Source: an uncultured virus (IMG/VR IMGVR_UViG_2061766007_000711) (Duplodnaviria; Heunggongvirae; Uroviricota; Caudoviricetes). From it: a DNA stretch of 64,000 bases. The translations under genes and the position numbers were made by a program. Position 1 is the stretch's first letter. Every line of letters starts with the position of its first letter. The notes under the pieces are model-generated. The model was not told the origin of the DNA and searched no databases. It saw nothing but the letters and a program-made list of their open reading frames with translations. The stretch lies in the IMG/VR virus record IMGVR_UViG_2061766007_000711; one strand, given 5' to 3'. Below are positions 52,975 through 60,725 of this stretch, one piece after another.

Positions 52975-55025
52975 ATGCCGAAGTCCAACACAGCAATCCA
53001 GTTCGTCGACTACACCGAACACCGTACCGCCCGCTGCCCGGCGATGNNNNNNNNNNCCTCATGCGTGCGCGGTGCAGACAGTGCAATCCACGCCACGTTC
53101 GCCAGAATCAAGGAACGGCTTTTCGAACCGCTCACCGTAGTCACCAACGACGGTACGGTGCATGTGACAATCTTCGATATCTACAACACCGGCATGCCCC
53201 AGGATTACCTTAACAATTCCGGCAAGTTCACCGTCCTCCGCGGTGACACCGAGTTCTCCCTGAACTCNNNNNNNNNNNNNNNNNNNNNNNNNNNNNNNNN
53301 NNNNNNNNNNNNNNNNNNNNNNNNNNNNNNNNNNNNNNNNNNNNNNNNNNNNNNNNNNNNNNNNCGAGGTGGACACCCCGTCCAGGTTCTGGAACGAGTG
53401 CGTGTGCGCTAAGGTCGACGGCATGATGAAGGGCTACGCCAACCGTGTCTCCATGCTCGCGAAGTCCATCAGCGGACATTCCGACACCAAGTGGGCAGAT
53501 GCCGTCCGCACGGCGGCGAAGCGTAGCGGACTCGGCGTGATGGAANNNNNNNNNNNNNNNNNNNNNNNNNNNNNNNNNNNNNNCAGTCAACGGGGAACTC
53601 CCGGAGCTGAACAAGGTGTTCGGCAAGGAGAACAACCGTACGCTCAAGACCAAGGTGGAAGGCGAGGCGCTCGATATCACCTACGCCGCTTTCGACAACC
53701 TGAAGGACCGGGCCAGGGCAATCTACCTCGATGCATTCAACGAATTCAAGCAGGCAGTAACCGAGAGCGTTCCCAATCCCCGCAAGGTAATCCCGCTTAC
53801 CGTACCGGAGATTACGGTGGACCGCAACTCCACCATCGACAGCACCTACTTCGACTGGAAGGTCACCGTCAGGGGCATCCCGGGAGGCACCGTGGAGGTT
53901 CTCATCAGGGCGCACTCCGACAAGGGTACTAGTTACTACCCGGAGAACATATTCGCGCTGTCCAAGGAATGCCCGAAGGGGACGCTCGTGTTCAAGGAGG
54001 ACGTCGACGTGTCCAGGATGGTATGCAACGACATGCACCATCCCGGTAATCCCCCGATGACCCTCAACATCCCCTACGAGGTGAGCTACCAGGTCCCCTC
54101 TCTCGACAAGGAGAACGTCGACAAGGTAGACCTCGACAGGACAGTGGGCATCGATGCCGGTACCGCCGNNNNNNNNNNNNNNNNNNNNNNNNNNNNNNNN
54201 GTCCCGACATGATGGACTGGCACGAGGCTGTCCATGCCTACTACGAGGGGCATTCCGGGACTAAGCTTTTCACCACCACGGCTACAAAGGCAACCAGGGA
54301 TGACCTGAAAAGACTGGTAGAGGAATACGAGGCCGGTGACTACAACCTCGTCGCCATGTTCACTCTCGCTTTAAGGGACGGCTCCCCCACCGACGAGACC
54401 CACGAATGGGTTCCCGTGAGCGACCCGTGTTCCCCCATGTTCGCCTGGCTCCTCCACAGGACGAAGGAGGACGGCACCAGGTTCTACAGCGACAGGCAGG
54501 TCNNNNNNNNNNNNNNNNNNNNNNNNNNNNNNNNNNNNNNNNNNNNNNNNNNNNNNNNNNNNNACAGGCCAGGTGGGACCGCGTGCACGACACGCTGACC
54601 CAGGTGTTCTCCAAGGAAGCGCCGGTGGCTGCCGAGCTCAACGCGGGATATGAGAAGCTCACCGAGAAGATTAGGGTGGAGAGCACGTTCNNNNNNNNNN
54701 NNNNNNNNNNNNNNNNNNNNNNNNNNNNNNNNNTATCGTGTCCATGGAGAACCTCAACCTGAACGAGGTGGAGAAGACTTCCAAGTTCCGTTCCCTCTAC
54801 TCGACCGTGGCCAAGGAATGGCACATGGGTCCCAAGGAAGGGTTCAAGCTGACCGCATCCAAGAACAGCAACACGGCAACTATCGATTTCGGACGCGGGG
54901 TGACCCGGGAGGAAGTCGAGAATATGTGCACGGATACCGCCCACTGGCATGTCCCCAAGGAAATCAAGGTGGAAGGTACGGTAGTCACCATCTACTGCGA
55001 ACCGACCGCAGAGGGATTGCGCTGC
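52975..55025 (+). CDS. Large Cas12/TnpB-superfamily RuvC protein (type V effector-like), fragmented by gaps, C-terminus missing
   Basis: AAGGAG SD; open frames between all gaps; RuvC-I TVGIDAG (54141-54161) after LNIPYEV strand; bridge-helix-like segment; RuvC-II IVSMENL (about 54735-54755). Confidence 0.75.
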
Positions 55026-55047
55026 NNNNNNNNNNTGTTCCCACCAC

Positions 55048-55123
55048 GTTGCGGTAGCTTAAGTGGTAGCGCATCTCTGACTGCAGCAGGGGTGAGATGG
55101 TGGTTCGATTCCATCCCGTGACA
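55048..55123 (+). ncRNA. Non-canonical tRNA-like RNA (loop ACTGCAG)
   Basis: 7-bp acceptor, GGT D-loop, TTCGATT T-loop, irregular anticodon arm, followed by CTA. Confidence 0.6.
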
Positions 55124-55129
55124 CTAAAA

Positions 55130-55536
55130 GGAATCCCGTAGAGGCATGACTGGCATCACGCCGGCATGCCGTCGCGGAAACGCCGGGATATCCCAGGGGC
55201 ATTCCGGGAGTTGCAACTCCCTGTGTGCCCCGGTACTTGTGAAGCTTCCCGATGATGCAAGTGGTTGCCGTAGCGGCGACATGGAACTGCGGAGCAACAA
55301 CAGGTCACTGTGATGCGCCATGAGAAATCGGAAAAATACAGCGGACGGTACCCTCTATGGGGCCAAGCAGTGAGGAAGTTCCTCCACGCCGTTCGCCAGG
55401 TCGCCTACCGTGACGGATTGATAACCCGGTGAAGGTAGTTTCCCTCGGTCCGGTCAATAGGGAAAGCGGAGACCGGGCACCAGTTGACTTGGCTGGTACT
55501 GCCTTAGCAAAGCAGTATGCGCATATCAAAGCGCAC
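55130..55536 (+). ncRNA. Putative large (about 400 nt) multi-stem structured RNA
   Basis: More than 10 stems including a GAAA tetraloop and possible pseudoknot; no credible ORF; bounded by tRNAs. Confidence 0.6.
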
Positions 55537-55542
55537 AGGTAT

Positions 55543-55616
55543 GGACCGGTAGCTCAGTTGGTTAGAGCGGCGGACTCATAACCCGTTGGTCCCTGGTTCA
55601 AGTCCAGGCCGGTCCA
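55543..55616 (+). tRNA. tRNA(CAT), Ile2 or elongator Met
   Basis: Cloverleaf, CT-CAT-AA. Confidence 0.9.
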
Positions 55617-55636
55617 CTATTTAGTTTGAAAGTTTT

Positions 55637-55714
55637 GTCCTCGTCGCCTAATTGGAATGGCACCTCTCTCCTAAAGAGGTTTTTTAAATGCAGGTTCGAG
55701 TCCTGCCGGGGATA
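55637..55714 (+). tRNA. tRNA-Arg(CCT)
   Basis: Cloverleaf, CT-CCT-AA. Confidence 0.85.
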
Positions 55715-55718
55715 CTAT

Positions 55719-55807
55719 GGAGAGCTAGGCTAATTGGTAAGCCAGCAGCATGCTAAGCTGCCGGGGCAGTAAAACGTCCCTTACAGGTTCGACCCCTGTG
55801 CTCTCCT
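55719..55807 (+). tRNA. tRNA-Ser(GCT)
   Basis: Long variable arm, AT-GCT-AA. Confidence 0.88.
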
Positions 55808-55838
55808 CGATAAACTGCGATTGCAAAAAGGAAAGATT

Positions 55839-56132
55839 ATGGACCTGTCGTCGTTCGCAATATGGAAGTTCAGGTACGTCGAGGGATACCTCGAGGGAAT
55901 GCAGTCCTATGACGTGGAGACGACCAAGTACGTGAACCCGAAGACGTTCATGACTACCTGGATAAGGTACGACATGAAGAACGAGACGGCCAGCATCGAG
56001 GAGTTCGATAGGCCTCCCGTAGTCTGCAAGTTTGCCGAACTGGAGGCAACCCTGAAGAAGCTTGTGATGTTCCGGGAGCGCCCGGTGACAGCCCGGCACA
56101 TGCTGGCGGGGCCCCAGGAGAAGGAAGATTAA
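55839..56132 (+). CDS. Hypothetical protein
   Basis: AAGGA SD, clean ORF. Confidence 0.6.
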   Translation: MDLSSFAIWKFRYVEGYLEGMQSYDVETTKYVNPKTFMTTWIRYDMKNETASIEEFDRPPVVCKFAELEATLKKLVMFRERPVTARHMLAGPQEKED

Positions 56133-56412
56133 AGCATAAGCACTGACCCGATAGGTGCCTGCGCGGGTTGCGAACTGCGCAGGGGCCGACAAGGAGGTTC
56201 CTTCGGGCNNNNNNNNNNATTGGAGGCCCTATGGTAACATGCGATATTTGCGGGGAACCGCGCAAGTGCAAGATGTACAGGTGCACGTTCGGCCAGTATA
56301 CCGAATTCATGTGCCTCTGCGACGAATGCGTGAAGGTGCAGGAGAAGGAAGGCCCGGTTGTCGAGGACAAGTCGTGCACGCCGGGATATTAAACCATCAA
56401 AAAGGAGTCACC

Positions 56413-56673
56413 ATGACCAAAGAAGAAGTTTCCAAGAAGGTTATTGCGCACATCGCACGCCTGCTTGACAAGCAGCAGCATGAAGTAACCCCGGAAAGTC
56501 TGGTGGTTGCAGACCTCGGTGCCGATTCGCTCGACATGGTCGAGGTTGTCATGGCAGTCGAGGACGAATTCGAAATCGAGATTTACGATGCCGAGATGGA
56601 ACGCCTTTCCACCGTGCAGGACTGGATTGACATCGCCGAGCGGAAGCTCGCCGAGAAGGAAAAGAAGTCCTGA
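56413..56673 (+). CDS. acpP: Acyl carrier protein
   Basis: DLGADSLDMVEVVMAVEDEFEIEI phosphopantetheine site; AAGGAG SD. Confidence 0.92.
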   Translation: MTKEEVSKKVIAHIARLLDKQQHEVTPESLVVADLGADSLDMVEVVMAVEDEFEIEIYDAEMERLSTVQDWIDIAERKLAEKEKKS

Positions 56674-56678
56674 CGCCC

Positions 56679-56752
56679 CGGGGTGTAGCTCAGCCTGGTA
56701 GAGCGTCTGCTTTGGGAGCAGAAAGTCGTCGGTTCGAATCCGGCTACCCCGA
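56679..56752 (+). tRNA. tRNA-Pro(TGG)
   Basis: Cloverleaf, TT-TGG-GA. Confidence 0.93.
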
Positions 56753-56837
56753 GTATCCCACAGAATTTTCGCGCCGATTCCCCTAGAATATTCACCCGGC
56801 GCGAACATGGCGCCCGTCCATGGATAACGGGTACCTT

Positions 56838-56910
56838 TCCGGTGTAGCTCAGTTGGTAGAGCAGCTGATTTGTAATCAGCGGGTCATCCGTTCAAGTCGG
56901 GTCACCGGAG
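56838..56910 (+). tRNA. tRNA-Thr(TGT)
   Basis: Cloverleaf, TT-TGT-AA. Confidence 0.92.
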
Positions 56911-56919
56911 CTAACTTAT

Positions 56920-56992
56920 GGCCTCGTCGAATAATGGTTCAGTTCGCTGCCCTCTCAAGGCGGAAATTCGGGTTCGAAACCCGACGTGGCTA
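56920..56992 (+). tRNA. tRNA-Glu(CTC)
   Basis: Cloverleaf, CT-CTC-AA. Confidence 0.88.
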
Positions 56993-57016
56993 CTACAGGA
57001 AAACCAGCTAATTTAT

Positions 57017-57089
57017 GGCTCCGTCGAATAACGGTTCAGTTCGTCGCCCTCTCAAGGCGGAAATTCGGGTTCGAGTCCCGACGGGGCTA
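57017..57089 (+). tRNA. tRNA-Glu(CTC), tandem paralog
   Basis: Cloverleaf, CT-CTC-AA. Confidence 0.88.
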
Positions 57090-57105
57090 CTACGGAGAAA
57101 ACACG

Positions 57106-57579
57106 ATGCATACATTGCACTTGATGATTGGCATTCCCGGGTGCGGCAAGTCTACGTACGCCAGGAAACTCGCGGAGTCTACCGGGGGACGCATAGTGTC
57201 GTCCGACGGAATCCGAAAGGAGCTCACTGGTACCGAAGAATACCTGTATCCCGAGCTGAACACGAAGGTGTTCGGCATTTTCGAGTCCCGGGTCGCGGAA
57301 TGGATTAAGGACACCGACGTGATAGCGGACGCCACCAACATACACGTGAAGGACTGGAAGAAGTATGTCGGCCTGTGTCCGGAAGGGACAGTGGCCAAGG
57401 CTTACTGGTTCCTCGTATGTCCGGACATTGCCATGGAGAGGATGGAAGGGCGAGAACGCAAGGTCCCGAGGGAAGTCGTTGAGCGCATGTGGGAAACCAT
57501 GTTCCAGAACAGGAAGTACCTCCCGGAATGTTTCAAGGAAGGCTGCATACAGATAATCAAACCGGACGAAAAGATATAG
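57106..57579 (+). CDS. P-loop polynucleotide kinase-like protein (AAA_33)
   Basis: GIPGCGKST, SSDGIR, DATN, R...R.RKVP. Confidence 0.85.
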   Translation: MHTLHLMIGIPGCGKSTYARKLAESTGGRIVSSDGIRKELTGTEEYLYPELNTKVFGIFESRVAEWIKDTDVIADATNIHVKDWKKYVGLCPEGTVAKAYWFLVCPDIAMERMEGRERKVPREVVERMWETMFQNRKYLPECFKEGCIQIIKPDEKI

Positions 57580-57735
57580 TTTGTTGGCAAAGGCTATGTC
57601 CACCCAAAGTGTGGTTATTTACAAATAACAAGTAAAGTACTATATTTGTATTGGGCTGAATCCCGTTCATTTCGTAGCGAAAAATGCCTGAGCAACAACT
57701 TGGGTGGACAAAGCCTTGGCAAAAGAGAGGTTACA

Positions 57736-57924
57736 ATGAAGAAGCACAAGACGGAATTCGTGGAAGAGACAGAAGAACAGAAGCAGGCCCGCTGGGACAA
57801 GCAGAAGAAGGCCGCCAGGGGCATGGCCAAGCTGTGCGGCATCGACCTCAAGAAGCTCGCCAAGGAACGTGAACGCAATTACCGGGAGAAGATGTCCCTG
57901 AACGGCTCCCGATACAGCTACTAG
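57736..57924 (+). CDS. Small basic hypothetical protein
   Basis: GAGG SD, short ORF. Confidence 0.5.
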   Translation: MKKHKTEFVEETEEQKQARWDKQKKAARGMAKLCGIDLKKLAKERERNYREKMSLNGSRYSY

Positions 57925-57932
57925 GGACTACC

Positions 57933-58015
57933 GGAGGGCTAGGCTAACTGGTAAGTCAGCGGTCTTGAAAACCGCCGCGGGAAACTGCTTGGGGGTTCGA
58001 GTCCCTCGCCCTCCG
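57933..58015 (+). tRNA. tRNA-Ser(TGA)
   Basis: Long variable arm, CT-TGA-AA. Confidence 0.9.
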
Positions 58016-58053
58016 CTAATTCATGCGCATCCGGAACTGTCCGTAAATTTCCA

Positions 58054-58887
58054 ATGAAGACACTGTTCGTATCAGACCTGCACCTCGACTCGTATACCTG
58101 CCTGACAGACAACGAGGAGATATTGTGCGCGGCCTTTGCCGTTTTCGCCTGCCGGTACCTGACGCCGGCAGACGTTATTTGCATAGCGGGTGACCTGGCT
58201 GACTACGAGGGGCTCGAGGTTGCTTTCCTGAAGTTCGTATCCACGATGTACCGGGAGGTCTACTTCGTGCACGGGAACCACGACCTCGTCGTCAAGAGGC
58301 AGTATCCCGGTCGCCGGTTCGCCACGAGCGAGGAACGCAAGGCGTACGTCCTGGAAAGGGTTTCCGGGTGCAGGAACGTTCACGTACTCGACGGAGACGT
58401 GGCCGGTGACGGGCTCGTCGGCGGGACGATGGGGATGTGCGACCTGTCCTACAGGCCGGAAGACCAGATGGAATTCGACGCTTGCGGTTTCTGGGCGTCG
58501 ACCTGGTTCGACGGACGCACGTGGAACTACTGCAACCAGGTACTCCCGGATATCATGCGTAGGGAGTTCGGCAACCTGGAACGGATATGCATGGCGAAGC
58601 CGAAGATAGTCATGACCCATTTCTGCCCGATGCAGATGGGTGTCGCCGACGAGTATAAGTCGGACCCGAAGACGGCGATGTTCTACTTCGAGGCGGGTAA
58701 ATACCTCGACATGCTCGACGACGGGACGATATGGGTGTGCGGGCATACCCACGGGCAGCACGACATAACCCACGTTAACTCGAGCGGTAAACGCATCCGG
58801 ATAGTATGCAACCCGTTGGGAGGACCGGACGAGAAGAACGCGTTCGCCCTGTGCAGGGATGCCGGAGTGTATCTGGTGGACGTCTAG
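58054..58887 (+). CDS. Calcineurin-like metallophosphoesterase
   Basis: SDLH, AGD, GNHD, TH, GHTH motifs. Confidence 0.9.
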   Translation: MKTLFVSDLHLDSYTCLTDNEEILCAAFAVFACRYLTPADVICIAGDLADYEGLEVAFLKFVSTMYREVYFVHGNHDLVVKRQYPGRRFATSEERKAYVLERVSGCRNVHVLDGDVAGDGLVGGTMGMCDLSYRPEDQMEFDACGFWASTWFDGRTWNYCNQVLPDIMRREFGNLERICMAKPKIVMTHFCPMQMGVADEYKSDPKTAMFYFEAGKYLDMLDDGTIWVCGHTHGQHDITHVNSSGKRIRIVCNPLGGPDEKNAFALCRDAGVYLVDV

Positions 58888-58925
58888 CGGCGTCCATTTT
58901 TGCTATATTTAGGAAAGAGGAAAAT

Positions 58926-59195
58926 ATGAAGAAGATAATGACTTTCATGGAGCGGGCGGAGGCCGTGATGGAACGGCTGTTCATACTGCTGGTCGCCTGC
59001 GCCCTTCTCGCGGTGTTGCTTACCGGGTGCGACTGCGGATGCGCCGAGGAAGGCACCTTAAAGCTCCGGGACAATCATGGAGAATACACAACGGTATGCC
59101 ATGGCAAGTACCTGTATTCGTCTACACGTGGCCGGTTCAAGTGTGACGATGGCCGCACCATCATGCAGCCGACGAATTTCATCATCGACAAATAA
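58926..59195 (+). CDS. Putative lipoprotein
   Basis: Hydrophobic stretch followed by LTGC lipobox. Confidence 0.55.
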   Translation: MKKIMTFMERAEAVMERLFILLVACALLAVLLTGCDCGCAEEGTLKLRDNHGEYTTVCHGKYLYSSTRGRFKCDDGRTIMQPTNFIIDK

Positions 59196-59218
59196 CAATC
59201 AATCCAAAGGACAAAACA

Positions 59219-60016
59219 ATGAAGAAACTCATTCTCGCTCTCTCCCTGCTCGCATTCATCGGATGCGCCAAGGTAGACCAGACCGAACGCGGCGTCATCC
59301 TTCACGGCGGTTCCGTTGCAGGAACGGTTCAACCGGGGTACGCGTTCTACATCCCTATCTACACGGACATCGCGCGCATGCCGGTCAAGGTACAGCTTGA
59401 AACGATGCGCCTCGAAGCCGGGTCGAAGGACATGCAGAAGGTTACCGTTGGAGTGAATGTCAACTTCCACCTCGACCCGACCAAGGTTGCCGATATTTAT
59501 TCAAAATACGGTAGCGACGTTGTAGTAACGGCTCTCCAGCCGAAAATCCGCGAAACCATTACTGGCGTGACGCCGCAATATAAGCCTGAAGAGATGTTGC
59601 AGAAGCGTGAAGAAGTGCGCCTGCGCATGGAAAATGCATTGCGTGACAAGCTGGATTCGGCGGACTCGCATATCATCATTGACGGGTTCACAGTCTATGA
59701 ATTCACGTTCGTCGAGAAGTTCAACCAGGCCATCGAAGACAAGCAGGTTGCCGAGCAGAATGCCGAGAAGGAAAAGAACGTCAAGCAGATGGTAGAATAC
59801 CAGAGAGACCAGAAGGTCATCGCCGCGCAGGCCGACTCAGCAATCAAGGTCATGACCGCGCAGGCCGACTCCATTGCAATCACCAAGGTATTGAAGGCGC
59901 TCAACAACGCAAACGCCAAGACCTATATCGCAAAGCAGTGGATTGAAGCATGGAATGGCGAACTGCCCAAGGTTGGCGGTATGGAAAAAATCATGCCGAT
60001 TATAGACATGAAGTGA
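59219..60016 (+). CDS. SPFH / band 7 / prohibitin family protein
   Basis: ERGV, PG..FYIP, SKDMQ, AIEDKQVAEQ, WNGELP. Confidence 0.9.
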   Translation: MKKLILALSLLAFIGCAKVDQTERGVILHGGSVAGTVQPGYAFYIPIYTDIARMPVKVQLETMRLEAGSKDMQKVTVGVNVNFHLDPTKVADIYSKYGSDVVVTALQPKIRETITGVTPQYKPEEMLQKREEVRLRMENALRDKLDSADSHIIIDGFTVYEFTFVEKFNQAIEDKQVAEQNAEKEKNVKQMVEYQRDQKVIAAQADSAIKVMTAQADSIAITKVLKALNNANAKTYIAKQWIEAWNGELPKVGGMEKIMPIIDMK

Positions 60017-60032
60017 AAGGAACGGGGAACCT

Positions 60033-60437
60033 ATGGAACACAACAAACGGTACAAAGTTACCAGGAGAATCCTGGACGAAATCATCAAGGCATCGGATTC
60101 CCGGACAGTGGATACGATGGACCACAAGCTGGCCAAGGCTATCGAGAAGGCCAAGTTACAGCTGGAAGTATTGGACGAACTGGCGGACGACAGTCTGACT
60201 ATGGACCTTACCGCGCCGGGACCCAAGACTATACCGACGCCGTATCAGGGTCCCAATACGATTACAGTCCCTATGCCGGGTCAACCCCAGCCTATCCCCT
60301 GTGAGCCGTATATCGGCTCCTCGTCTCCGTGGATTAAGCCGACCATCTGCGAGTTTACTGAAGCGAAGGACCAGAACGTATGGCCTCCCAGGCAAGAGAT
60401 TGCACCACACCTAGAACCATTGCAGACAGGAAGGTAG
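60033..60437 (+). CDS. Hypothetical protein
   Basis: ORF in operon. Confidence 0.55.
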   Translation: MEHNKRYKVTRRILDEIIKASDSRTVDTMDHKLAKAIEKAKLQLEVLDELADDSLTMDLTAPGPKTIPTPYQGPNTITVPMPGQPQPIPCEPYIGSSSPWIKPTICEFTEAKDQNVWPPRQEIAPHLEPLQTGR

Positions 60438-60440
60438 GAC

Positions 60441-60725
60441 ATGATATCAGTACAGGAAGTAGCCGACTCATTTGTCGGTTATCACGGAAGCGTTGGTGAC
60501 GCGAACACCCTGCGTGATTGCATCATCGAGTCCCTGGTGTCGCTCGGGGCATCCCCGAACGCCGGGTGGGATTTCGACGGCCCCCGCCGCAAGACGGTGT
60601 ATACGCTTGACGATGCAGCAGAGCAGCTCGTCGAGCGTTACCTCGGGGGAATACCCCACGTTGGCGAGGTGGACGTCATCAAGGAAGGAATCGAACGCGG
60701 GCTGAAGAAAATAGGCCGTCTTTGA
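60441..60725 (+). CDS. Hypothetical protein
   Basis: AGGA SD; stop codon supplied by the IS end. Confidence 0.6.
   Translation: MISVQEVADSFVGYHGSVGDANTLRDCIIESLVSLGASPNAGWDFDGPRRKTVYTLDDAAEQLVERYLGGIPHVGEVDVIKEGIERGLKKIGRL

Noticed and set aside
55130..55536. RNase P RNA or tmRNA
   Set aside because: No GAGGAAAGTCC / AAACAGAA P4 signature and no T-arm plus CCA terminus recognised
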